From Octopus sinensis (taxonomy: Eukaryota), in contig NC_043008.1 of the NCBI RefSeq assembly GCF_006345805.1, positions 34,906,001 through 34,970,000 of the forward strand: a DNA stretch of 64,000 nucleotides, read 5' to 3'. Under the pieces are notes generated by a model. The model searched no databases. It was not told the origin of the DNA and saw only the letters and a list, made by a program, of their open reading frames with translations. Of this stretch, positions 40,139-53,004 are shown one piece after another (within the stretch, counting starts at the first letter, position 1; every line of letters starts with the position of its first letter). Both the position numbers and the translations under genes were made by a program.

Positions 40139-42575
40139 ATAATAAAAATACAATAAAAGAGAATCAGTTTGGGAAATGTAAATAAAACAATTGAAAATAC
40201 GAAAAATATAACCAAAATAAATACTAAAATGTACAAAGTCTTATTCTTGGAAAGGTTACCAAGAGAAATACAACTACAGAACACCCTCAGAAGTATACAA
40301 AATCGAACAATATATAAGAAATTTGAAGATATTACAAGCCGGAGGGGAAAATTCTAGAAGTGTCTTATCTTTCTTTAGAAGAGAGGAGATCGCTTTCAAT
40401 AAGAATTTAAATGGAAAATTACAATCAGAAAAATAATAGTGTAAAAGAAAGCACTCTTTGAGATCCTAAATCATGAACAGTTTGACGATGTAAGCAGATT
40501 GATTCAGAATTTTAATGCACCAGCCACATTTATTTCAAGAGAATCTCAACATAAATTTTGAAAGACCAAATTGAAAGACTACTGAATTCAAAACATTCAA
40601 AACAGAAAAATAAAACAAAATAAGAGACAGTGGAAAATAGAAACTAGATCTGACTAGTTCGTGAGATCAGGGACAACAAAATGAAAGCAAGGTATTAGAA
40701 AGAACCAAAATAAACATTAAAAAGAATGCAATATGGCATGCACAACGGAAAAGCCATTTAGAGATCCCGGTGGACAAAAAAAAAAAAAAAAGAAAAATGT
40801 GAAAATATGAATATCGCCAATAAATAAATATAATAGAAAAAATAAAGCTGAAATAAAAGACACATCATCAGGAAATGAGTAAGTATAGTTTAAGAAATAA
40901 CCTCCTTTAATCTCTGTTTCCATATCGTACAGTAATACATACTGAGCAGTTCCAGTGGAATTTGGACGGTTCAGTAACGTATGGAATTTCTTTGTGAGAA
41001 GAGGTTGTTAGTTCCTCGCTCAGATCTTTTCCCGTTTTGGAGTGAGTGTCCTCCAACTATCCTTGTCATGGTGCAATGTAGTTAATTTAGAGAGAGAGAG
41101 AGGAGAGAGAGAGAGAGAAGATACCAGTACATGATTAATACTTTATTGACTTTAGAAGGATGAAAGGCAAAGTTGACGTCAGTGTAATTCTAACTTAGAA
41201 CTCTAAGAGCCGTAGGAAATACCACAGGGTATTCTATTCGATGCTCTAATGACTCAGTAAATTCGCTAGCAATTAAGAAAGAATAAGAACTGATAACTTC
41301 TACCCACAAAAGAAAAATACATGATAAACGAGTGTCTTCGATAAAACATTGTAAAATGTGCTTAGTACAATAGATGTTATCGAAACATAACTATGTTGGT
41401 ACTTATGACTGCCAACCGTCGACAGAATAAAAGTTGGACTAGTTTCGATCCCTGTTGTGCACGCACAGCCAGATTAAACCAAGTTGTTTATTCTGTACTG
41501 TGCCGTAATATAAAAATAAAACGAACACCAGTAAACATTGAATTACTAAAAATGCGTTATTTATGCAAATCGGGATTCCTAATTTAATAAAGTCACGTAT
41601 AATGATAACGTTGTGGATAGTTTAAAGAAGGGTACTCGATTGCTGAAGAAATCCCAACGATAGATGTAAACAATCCAGGAGATTCTGCCTTTTCTGTCTA
41701 CACTGGAATTGTATAAAAATAGACTTTTCTGCCAAGTGTACTTAATTAGTTTTAATGAATTTTCTCACATAAATCTACAAGTTTATTCCATAGTATATCA
41801 TAATATTTAAAACGAATACTCCACTGATTCATAATACTCCAGTCATTTATAAATAATCATATATACAATGAAGATGAATAATAAAACAAGAGTAAAATTT
41901 TCTATCTCTGAGATCCATGACGCGAGTTGGGTGGTGAAGGAGACTCATGTAATATTGTGAATACTTAATATATCACAATAGTCGTAGAGCAGATTCGTGT
42001 CATATTGGGAACTATTTATCATATAAAAATGACTGTTTGGTCATACATTCACGTAATATTGTGAAATACTGTAATATACTGTAATGACTATTTCTTAGAA
42101 AGGTATAAAACATCTAAATTATAGGAGACACAGCAGAACGACACTGTGACGCATATCCTTTTTTCAAAAGAATTAGCGGCACATGAGAAATAAACAAGTT
42201 TTAAACATAGATGATTGATTGGTATTTTTGAAGGAAAGTCTTGGAAATGTTTAGCAACCTATCATTAGAAGTTCATTAGCAGAAATTGTACCTTTGAGTT
42301 ATACAATCATGTATCGAAGTTTAGAGAATTACTGTCTAGAATAAACTCGTTGATTTGTCTTGTTATTAGGTTAAATCTCATGAATTCCTTAATTCAGTCA
42401 ATATGTTGGAGATTAGAATTTTTGAAACAAGCCATAATGCTGGCGGCATTTCCATCAATAATTACGATTGGTATTCACTGAGACAACTAAGAAGCTTCTC
42501 TCTATCATCGCTAGTGTCAATGAGACGATGACCAAGCTGCTTCAGTTAGACGCCAGTTGAAGAAATATGTTCGCT

Positions 42576-43173
42576 TATTTCTTTACTGCCCACAGGGGCT
42601 ACACACAGAGGGGACAAACAAGGTCAGACAAACGGATTAAGTCGATTACATCGACCCCAGTGCGTAACTGGTACTTATTTAATCGACCCCGAAACGATGA
42701 AAGGCAAAGTCGACCTCGGCAGAATTTGAACTCAGAACGTAAAGTCAGACGAAATACCTATTTCTTTACTATCCACAGGGGGCTAAACACACAGATGACA
42801 AACAAGGACAGACAAACGGATTAAGTCGATTACATCGACCCCAGTGCGTAACTGGTACTTATTTAATCGACCCCGAAACGATGAAAGGCAAAGTCGACCT
42901 CGGCGGAATTTGAACTCAGAACGTAAAGTCAGACGAAATACCTATTTCTTTACTATCCACAGGGGGCTAAACACACAGATGACAAACAAGGACAGACAAA
43001 CGGATTAAGTCGATTACATCGATCCCAGTGCGTAACTGATACTTAATTTATCGACCCCGAAAGGACGAAAGGCAAAGTCGACCTCAGCGGAATTTGAACT
43101 CAACGTAACGGCAGATGAAATACCGCTTAGCATTTCGCCCGGCGTGCTAACGTTTCTGCCAGCTCGTCGCCTT
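42576..43173 (-). mobile_element. Tandem trimer of type-B SINE (units 42576-42758, 42759-42942, 42943-43173) with an 11-bp TSD
   Basis: Three ~183-bp units with identical gacgaaatacc|tatttcttt junctions; tgttcgcttat at 42568-42578 and 43173-43183. Confidence 0.9.
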
Positions 43174-43726
43174 GTTCGCTTATAGCAAGAAGAAGGACAT
43201 TGCAAGAACAAGAGGTTACAAAAAGGCAGCGGTCAGTCAATTATTAATAATTGTTGCTGTTCATTATCTCCATCTTGAGACTGACGATGGCTCCTCAGTC
43301 GAGGATTACACAATGTGACATACATTGAAAGTGTCCTCTCCTCTTACATTTCACAACGGACACTTCCCATATGTTTCATCTTTTATTCAAGAGGGAAGGC
43401 AACGTCAGTGACTCTTTGGGACTAGTTAGAAGGTGACATCCTCCAGCTGGAGACCCGGCCTGAATGCTTGCAAATGAGTGGAATCCGTTAAAGATACCCC
43501 AAACACCAAGTGATGTTAAACAGAATGACGGATTAAGTCTTCCATCCAAGTAGGCCTTGTTGGGATTTCAAATCAGAACTCAATGAGTTGGCACAAATAC
43601 TGAAAGGCATCTGCTCCAGCGTTCTTATAGTTCCACCAGTCTATCGACCTGGATCAATAGTTTTTTTATCAACCTCCCAAAAGGATGTAAAGCAAAGTTG
43701 ACTTTGCAGGGAATTGAAATTAGAAC

Positions 43727-43728
<2 letters not shown>

Positions 43729-43793
<65 letters not shown>

Positions 43794-43831
43794 AGAGAGA
43801 GAGAGAGAAGAGAGAGACAGAGAGAGACAGA

Positions 43832-43862
<31 letters not shown>

Positions 43863-43872
43863 GAGAGAGAGA
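43729..43872. repeat. (GA)n microsatellite at the truncation point of a decayed type-B SINE (~43520-43730)
   Basis: Direct reading. Confidence 0.9.
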
Positions 43873-44549
43873 GTCGGAGCAAATTGCTTGAAGCATTCTG
43901 CCCGACGCCATGATGATTTTACTAATTATTTGCCATGTAAAAGAAGGTACTCCACCCAGACCCTTATTATTTGTTCTGCTGTGACAGCCCCAATTTCGGG
44001 GAGTTTATGGAACATAAACGCAATAGACGTTGAACGAGGTGATCGACTGAGTTGTGTGACGAGGGACGCGAACGCCACCGAGTCTGCCTGGATTGGTATT
44101 AATAGCGGCAATCTGTCCTTACAGTGTCGTCCAATTTTTTGAGGTAAACAAATCTATCAATACCCTTCCTGTTTATATCTACTCCATACTTTTATACGCT
44201 TTGCTAGTGCCAGATGTCTTTACTTTGATTCTAAGTTGCATCATCAAAATTACCTGAGATGATTTGGGTCAATCTTTCGTATCGTAGACGTCAATAGAGA
44301 CAGCCATCTGTTAATGGATATTCATGAGCTTGAATAATTGATTCAGACAACAGACAATAGCGACGAAGGATACCGAAAACCACATCGGACACGATAGATA
44401 TCAAATAACTAATATGACACCTCACACATCACATACAATGGAAATGATTTGAGCAGTAACTCAACAGGGTTCACATTATAAAAAGATGTCTGCATCAATA
44501 GTCGCAAAAATCGAAAGTGTTTTGCGGCTGTTATGTCAAAACATCTTGT

Positions 44550-44730
44550 CTTTATCTTTGTTTACTTGTTTCATTGATTGAACTGCGGCCACACTGGGGC
44601 ACCGCCTTGGAGGGCTTTTGGTTGAATGAATTTTTAAAGTTTGGTACCTATTCTATCAGTCTCTGTTTTTGCTGAACCGCTAGGTTACGGGGATATAGAC
44701 AAATCAACAGCAGTTATCAAGTGGTAGTGG
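44550..44730 (-). mobile_element. Type-A SINE 3' fragment
   Basis: ttcattgattgaactgcggccacactggggcaccgcc...gctgaaccgctaggttacggggat. Confidence 0.7.
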
Positions 44731-44904
44731 GGAAACAAACACAAACACAAAGACATACACATACACACACGCACATACACGCATAAACACAACATGCACA
44801 TACGCAGGGATACAGATTCATACACTGGTATAAACACACCGGCATATTCACACAGAAACATACTTTGAACATATTTTTCCATTTCAAAGTATCCTCATAC
44901 CTCT

Positions 44905-45235
44905 CATCATCATCGTTATAAACATCATCGTCGCCGTTGTCGTCTCGCCGCCGTCGTCGTCTTCATCCTCCTCATCATCGTCGTCATTATCGTATTCATC
45001 ATCATCATCATCATCATCACCATCATCATCGTCATCATCACCATCGTCATCATCATCATCGTCATCATCACCATCGTCATCATCATCATCGTCATCATCA
45101 CTATCGTCATCATCATCATCGTCGTCATCATCATCATTCATCATCATCATCATTCATCACCATCATCATCATAATCATCATCATCATTGTCATCATCAGC
45201 ATCATCATCATCGTCATCGTCATCATCATCATTAA
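44905..45235. repeat. (CAT)/(CGT) compound trinucleotide repeat
   Basis: Direct reading; explains the poly-D/H/M ORFs. Confidence 0.9.
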
Positions 45236-45454
45236 CAACAACATCGTTTGTTCGCATTCAGACTACAAGATTCACACGTGACAATACAGAAACTCGAACG
45301 CATTGGAATGTTTCATACATTCCTGGAGATATGAGTAAGCATCTTGGTAAAGTGGTCACTCCCACTAACCGTAATTGCTTGGACTTGTAAGGGAAGGAGT
45401 ATCGTGAATTCATTGAAACCGGTATGTAACGTAACGTACTTGGCATTTGATTTA

Positions 45455-46070
45455 GTTACAGTGGTAGGAAGTTTCCTTTCCATTCATATGGTTCGGGTTC
45501 GGTCCCACTTTGGGTAAGTGTCTTCTATACCCCCGGACTGACCAAAAACTCTTGAGGGGATTTGATAGAGGAAGAACTGAAAGAAATCCGTTGTATACAT
45601 ACATGCATACATACATACGTACATACATACATATACACATAAATACATACATACATATATACATACATACATACATACATACATACATACATACATACAT
45701 ACATACATACACACATACATACATACATACATGTATGCATGCATACATAATACATGTATGCATACATATATACGTAGATACGTACGTACATACGTAGGTA
45801 CATACGTACAAACACACATATATACTTAAATTTATATGCGTGTGTGTGTGTCTCCGTGTTCCTGTTTGCCCCCTACTGCCGTTGACATCCGGTGCTGGTT
45901 TGTTTACGTCCCCGTAACTTAGTGGTTAGGCACAAAACACCGATGGAATAAGTACCAGGCTTTTAAGATAAATAAATACTTTGGTCACTTGGTTCGACTA
46001 AAAAGCATTCAAATCCATGCCCCAGCATGGTCGCAGTCTAATGACTGAAAACAAGCAAGAAATAAAAGAG
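45455..46070 (+). mobile_element. Type-A SINE with expanded internal (TACA)n
   Basis: ggttcggtcccactttgggtaagtgtcttctatac...cgtccccgtaacttagtgg...gcatggtcgcagtctaatgactgaaaacaag. Confidence 0.8.
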
Positions 46071-46958
46071 AGTGGCAGGGCGGGAGTAAACTCAATTTTT
46101 ACAACATGAACTTAGAACGTAAATAAAGCACAAACAATGAACAAAATATTTCATTCGTTGCCACTTTCTGCCAGTCAAGATTGGCATTCTTAACGATAGT
46201 GAATGTTAATTTTATAGAGAATCTATAATATTAGTCTGCTACAGTCGAACCCTGGAAGGAAATCGAAAATACACAATTATAGAAACAATATTTATTCGGA
46301 AGACAATTCACTGTTAATTTTGTAAAGAAATCGAAGACTATGTATCACACACATGACATTTTGTGTATAAGCAAGGTAGGGATTGCACTGATAAACTATG
46401 GAACGAAATCGAGGACATAATCTATTATACATACTACGCTAATAATATTTATATTATTCATAAGACAATTAATCGGACAATAAATATTTAAAATTATATA
46501 TATATATACGTCTTTTTGTGGTGTCCTGTACGTATATATATTTATATATGCATGTATATATACATGTAGATGTCGGTACGTACATATATGTTTGTATGTA
46601 TGCATATATTTTAATTATTACACTATTGTCTGACAGCGCTTCGCGTCGGGTTCGTTCGAATTTTCGCTTCGTTCCGTCTCTTATCCTCCCAGTATTGTTT
46701 TATTATATATATATATATATATATACGTATGTATATATCTATGCGTGAGCGCGCGCGCGTGTTTGTGTGTATATGTATATATATATGCGTGTGTGTATAT
46801 CTGTATGTATGTGTGTGTATAAATGTGTGTATAAGTGCATGTCTATATACATATACATATACATATATTCTAACATATATATTTATATATATATATATAT
46901 ATGTGTGTGTGTTTCTGCGTGTTTGCATATATACATGCACACGCACACACACACATGT

Positions 46959-47008
<50 letters not shown>

Positions 47009-47011
47009 TAT

Positions 47012-47067
<56 letters not shown>

Positions 47068-47983
47068 GCATAAATCTACATACATACACAAAGTAGCAGC
47101 TAAATATTGGGGAGCGATATCCCTGCCCTACTCTCCGTCGTCCTCTCTGGGACCCGGTTATGAAAATGGACGAAGAAAGGAGCTTTATGTCGCAGTGCAA
47201 CAGAAGCTTTCACTGCCTCTCTTTGAACACAACAATAAAAGAAGACATGATATTGAAACGATGACTAAAGCATTTGCTTCTCCACGATTTCCTTTAATAG
47301 CTATAAATATCTACTACAAGTCGTCTTATGTTACGGCAACAGTGTTAAATCAGTTAATAATTACTTGGCTTATAGAGCAGCCATTATAGAAATTGGGTCA
47401 CGCTTTTATATTGCATGAGTCAATAGAGACGGTTAGCCATTAACAGATACTCATGTGGCTAAATTATTAAGTGCTGTTGACGATCGTTTGATAATAAAAG
47501 TGTAGCAAACGAGGCTATGGATATCAGGTTGACACGTGGATATCAGGTTCAGCCCAAAATGATTATTACCCGCTACGTTATATAGTAGTATTTCATGGCA
47601 ATGATTTGAGTCGGAACCTTATCAGTCTCATATTATAAGAAAGGATCTTTAAAGATTTAGCTTCCAAAAACAAAAGATGGCACTAGAAAAAGAACAGAGA
47701 AAGGTGTGCGGAAGAGTCGATAGGATTGGTAAATGTGCAGAGAGTTTTACTTTTAAACAGCGGATGGAAAGAAACAAAAAGAACCTACATGAAGCTATCT
47801 CTTCAAATGAATTTAAATTTAGCTTTGCTTGATAGAGTTCTTTGTAAGGATAACAGGAGAAATATTTACAAACTGGCATAATTGAAACAATAAGTATATA
47901 TGTATGTATGTATGTATATATGTATGTATGTGTGTTTATATGTATGTATATATGTATGTATGTGCGTGTGTATGTATGTAGAC

Positions 47984-48048
<65 letters not shown>

Positions 48049-48328
48049 CGTGTACATACACACACATATGCAGGGTAGTCAAAAAGTCACAAAGGAGTCT
48101 AAAAGTTTAATAGATTTGTTTAAATCACATTTTTTCATTTGTATTTTGCAAAATGTGACCCTTCACTCTTAATGTACATATATTTCCTATATGTGTGTGT
48201 ATGTATGTATGTGTGTGTATATATGTATATATATATATTTATATATATATGTATAGTGTGCAAATATTTATTTATACATAAATTGTTTTATATACATGCA
48301 TATCTCTCTCTCTCTCTCTCTCTCTCTG

Positions 48329-48431
<103 letters not shown>

Positions 48432-48455
48432 ATCTATCTATCTATCCATCCATCC

Positions 48456-48528
<73 letters not shown>

Positions 48529-49605
48529 ATGCATATATGTATGTCACTGTGTCTATTTGAGTTTGTGAGTGTGTCTGTGTATGTTTGTTTGTTTGTTTGT
48601 GTGCGTGTATGTGTGCTTGCGCGTGCAGAACACAGAAGTAAGAAAGCCGGAAAACGGAAAGTCCTATAGTCTGGTTGTGAACAAGATACGATGAGTACGG
48701 CCACGATGACGACGACGGCGACGACAACGACGAGAAGGACAATGATGATGATGATGATGATGATTAACTTGATAACGATGATGAGGGTGATTATGATATT
48801 AGAAGCGAAGAAATATGATCAGCATTACTTACGCAATTAATTTACATCATGGCCGACAAGTGGAGAAAAATATGGAAGACTAACTTCCGGTCTAACCAAA
48901 ACGTCGTCCTCTTTAATAGGCCAAAAATATACAAACACTGACACCGAGTAAACTTATCAAATATCCACAATAATCTTGAAATAGCAAAGTAAACATGATC
49001 ATTATACACACAAACACACGTAACTGCTCTTTCATATCCTTATCACTCACTTTCTCCAAAAACAACAACAACAACAACACACACACACATTCATAGGAAT
49101 TCATTGAAACGCACATATAAAGCTATACATTTTCCTAAATACCCGTTTTCTATATCGATTTTGCGTAAAGTTTGATTTTGCGGTTGCTTTATGCATAAAT
49201 ATTTTCTTTCAGAAGTCAGAGCATTTGTCGGCAGCAAAATATGCTTAAAACTACAAAAACATCTCGGTTTACAACTTCTTGGTGGGGATTAAATGTTATG
49301 GTTTTGTACAATAGGCTTTATCTTACTGATTATTCACTATTTCGCCTCGTGTTTATTGTTTGTTATATTTCCTTTGCATGTTTTTCATTGAAATTTGAAT
49401 ATTATTCTATTTGTTTTTAATATAATATTAAATCTGATGCGTTCTTATATGAAGAGGGAAAAAAAAAACCAAGAACAGCAATAACTTCAACAACAATCCA
49501 AAGATGCCGCTCTGAGAAATCAAAGCATACATAAGCATGCTTAAACAACCGTCTTCATACGGGCGTAAAGGCCTACACGAACACACACGCACACACACAC
49601 ACACA

Positions 49606-49686
<81 letters not shown>

Positions 49687-49920
49687 AGCGCGTGCGTAAA
49701 TAAGCGTGTCTTAAAGAAGGGAAAGAGGAAGAACGGGAGAGTTTCGACTTTAGGTAAATAAGTAGAAAGCTTGAGTTCCATACAAAAGATATGGAAGAAA
49801 TGATAAATACTAACATAAAGAAGACAACCCTTCAAATACATTTACACTTGTATTTCTATAATATATACACGCATAGATACACACATATATATATTTCATA
49901 CATACCCACATACATGCATG

Positions 49921-49973
<53 letters not shown>

Positions 49974-50093
49974 CTGCTGCATATATACACATATATACGT
50001 ACATACTTACATATATATGTATATATACATGCATATATGGGCACAGGACGTAACAAAACGTAAACAATATGAATTTCGAAATACGTAAACAAA

Positions 50094-50156
50094 ATGGAAT
50101 ATGAAGGCAAACTTGGGTATGCGAACCATGAGAGAAACAAATCGAAAACAAGACAG
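50094..50156 (+). CDS. Candidate first coding exon (MEYEGKLGYANHERNKSKTRQ), product unknown
   Basis: aaaATGG start context and CAG|gtaacg donor; no downstream exon linked. Confidence 0.2.
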
Positions 50157-50239
50157 GTAACGTAAAGAACGACCCTTCATCAGTTGTTGGCTGTTCATCT
50201 ACTCCACATTTCGAGCAATTAACGACAATTAACGAGCAA

Positions 50240-50440
50240 TTAACGAGCTGCGGCCTGGCAGAATCGTTAGAGCGTTTCAGACAAAATAATCTGCAGTATT
50301 TTTAAAATTTTATTTTGTTTTGAGTTCACATCCCACCGTGGTCAATTTTGCCTTTAATCCCTCTGGAGCAGATAAAAGAAAACCGCTCATACACTGGGGT
50401 TGGTCCAATCGACTAATCCCGCCCTTTAAAATTGCTGCCT
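50240..50440 (+). mobile_element. Type-B SINE, diverged
   Basis: ctggcagaatcgttag...gagttcacatccc...ttttgcctttaatccctctggagcagataaa. Confidence 0.7.
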
Positions 50441-50449
50441 AAGAAGTAA

Positions 50450-50700
50450 TTGTTATTGTTCCAATAAAATTATTTTATTCCAATCGCCCAACGTGTCTGC
50501 TGCATCCAGAGATTATTTGGTTGTTTGTTTCAGGATGTTTTACGCCTATGCGGCACGATGGGTTGCTTTCAATATGCATAAATCTTCGATTTTGAAACAT
50601 GCCTAGAACTATCGTTATATAACGTTTATCAATGTCTTTACAGAAGTAATTGTGTTTCAAACCAGTTGTACTCATTACAAATACGAGGATAGAATAGTTC
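50450..50700 (-). mobile_element. R4/Dong-like LINE fragment (zinc-knuckle region)
   Basis: ..NPSCRIGVKHPETNNQIISGC resembles the CR.C...ET..HI.SGC CCHC motif. Confidence 0.5.
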
Positions 50701-50989
50701 CTTATCTATCATAATGGCTTTAATTCAACAGTTGGGTCGTTGTATGCCTTTATCTTTCAGTTTGTATCTGAGCCATATTATAGTCATTTGATATTGTCAC
50801 GTCGATAGTTAGTATACTATTAGTATACTATTAATACAGTTAGTCGTAGCAAATGAAGCTAGATTTATTCTGTACTCTTTGGGGTCTGTTTGTATGTTAA
50901 ATTCTCTTTTATTTTAACTGGGGGAAAAAGCAGAATCCATGGCCCTTACCAGCTCTCTGAAACTGGTGAGGATGAAGCCGTTAATGTTC

Positions 50990-51370
50990 CGTTGAACCTG
51001 TTGTAATTGAACACTTTCCGGAAAGACGTGAGCATAGAGGAGATCTCAGTGAGCCGATATGCAGAAGAAGGATTGAAAATAGGTTTTGTTAGTGCGGGGA
51101 AGGGGCGTTAGACCGCAGCAAGGGTGACGAAAAGGAAAAGTAAAGAGACAAGTGGGTCGGGGTCGCTTGACTGGTTGAGGTACGAGGTCAACTAGTTATG
51201 AGGAGCACAGGCAGCTATAGTAGCGATAAAAAAGATAGTGATTGGAGACGGCACGCCTGTGGCTCAGAGGCTGGAGTGCGTCCATTAGGAATGTCAATCA
51301 ACCAAATTTCTCAGTATGTTCACTTATTTCCTAAGATAGGTGGAAGGTCACGGCTTTTTCTTGAAGGAAT
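50990..51370 (-). mobile_element. L2/Crack-type LINE 3' end
   Basis: Minus-strand translation ALQPLSHRRAVSNHYLFYRYYSCLCSS*LVDLVP...RTNKTYFQSFF, typical of the L2/Crack ORF2 C-terminus. Confidence 0.65.
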
Positions 51371-52199
51371 TAAAATTGACTTTGTTTTTACGTATTGAGT
51401 GTCTAGAATAGGCAGATTCGGTAGAACCTTGGATAGAATGCCTCGCGATATTCGTAGCGACTCTCTTTATCCGGAGTTCAAATACTATTGGGATTAACTT
51501 TGCTTTCATCATTTCGGGATCAGTAAAAAATACTAATTCAGAGTGGTGAATTGGAACTCTCAAATGGTCGGGCAAGATACTGTGCGGTTATCTGTCGGCA
51601 ATTATTAAAAGCACGAAATTGTTCTTCACCATTTCTGACTATAAATATTCTTTGGATCTTAGTGTTGGTCGAAGATGGGTTCTAACTGCTTAGTAGTCGA
51701 ATTCCAGTTCTGTTGCATTGTAAATGTTTTCTTTATCCTAATCAAGCAAAATCCCACAATATTAAACAAATTGCCCCGGTGAAAAATGCTTTTAAACGTA
51801 TCCAGTTTGGGGAATGAAAACTTCTCTATTTTTCCTCTATTTCATTTAATTATTCCTGTACATCTATGTTATATACGTAACCTTGTAAAATTTAACTTTG
51901 ACTTTAATTCACTGATAATATAAATATACTTGTTCATGAAGGGAACTGATGAAATCCAAATATATCGAAACAGACGTCTGATGTAAATGAAAGCAGAATC
52001 AACAATATAGACTATTGAAAGTTAACTAGGTTTATGCTTTACACTGAAGATAAATATAAATGATGGGAAAGAAAAGTAAAAGAACATATTGAACATATTT
52101 TCATAAATACAGGACAGAACATTAAATTTCTACTAGATTCAGACAATGAATATTTACTTCTACTCCAAAAGAATCAGCAGTAAAGTTAACTACTTTATT

Positions 52200-52350
52200 G
52201 TTGTATAGGCGCAGGTGTGGTTGTGTGGCAAGCAGTTTGCTTCCCAAACACATGATTCCAGTTCAGTTTCACTGTGTGGAACCTTCGGCAAATGTCTTTT
52301 AATATAGCCCGGGATAGACCAAAGTCTTGTGGGTGGAAACTGAAAGTAGC
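52200..52350 (+). mobile_element. Type-A SINE 5' fragment
   Basis: taggcgcaggtgtggttgtgtggcaagcag...ggaaccttcggcaaatgtctt...gaaactgaaagtagcccgtc. Confidence 0.8.
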
Positions 52351-52387
52351 CCGTCAAATACAAACATACATACATACATACATACAT

Positions 52388-52477
<90 letters not shown>

Positions 52478-52569
52478 GTATTTAAAAAGAGATTAAAAGC
52501 GGCGATAGTGTTGTAAACATTATCGAATACATACATACTCAACGTATGTGCTTTTCTTGTTCACTGATC

Positions 52570-52949
52570 GGCTGCGATTTCACGCGGTGGACATGACTCT
52601 CTCAATGCATCGGATGTTAGAACATCTTAAAGTCACTGGCAGGGGAGAGAACTCACCCCAAATCCCATTCACTAATGATTGACATTGTTGTCTCGCCATT
52701 TTTGAAGCTTGTCAAAAAAAGATAACCAGCAAATGTTTTTTACGGTATCTTGCATATAGTCATGGTCCGGCGATTCCCTTCATCTCTAATTCAGTCCACG
52801 GTCTTGATGTTGATAATCCATAAAAATAGCGACACATCGATGTCCATCATTCCTGAATGGAATTCTGGGTGAACTGTCTCGCCTGTCTTTCAGGTGTTTT
52901 AACACCCAGTACTTTGAAGAAGACATCGCCACCGCGTCAAATCGCTGCC
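52570..52949. mobile_element. 380-bp non-autonomous DNA transposon with GC-rich 22-bp TIRs
   Basis: ggctgcgatttcacgcggtgga versus reverse complement of right end ggcagcgatttgacgcggtggc (19 of 22 identical); no clear TSD. Confidence 0.6.
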
Positions 52950-53004
52950 TACATAAATTACATGTGGTCGATAATATGTGTATGTATGTATGTCTCTTCT
53001 ATTT

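Noticed and set aside
42576-43173. CRISPR-like array, also considered for 58764-58990
   Set aside because: The units are contiguous SINE-derived repeats without unique spacers, the context is eukaryotic and no cas genes are present.
43275-43375. CTGACGA...GAAA-gtgtc...gacac-T hammerhead-like arrangement
   Set aside because: Stem II does not close at the core, there is no room for the H17 nucleotide before the putative stem I, and stem I has a mismatch; not supportable as a ribozyme.
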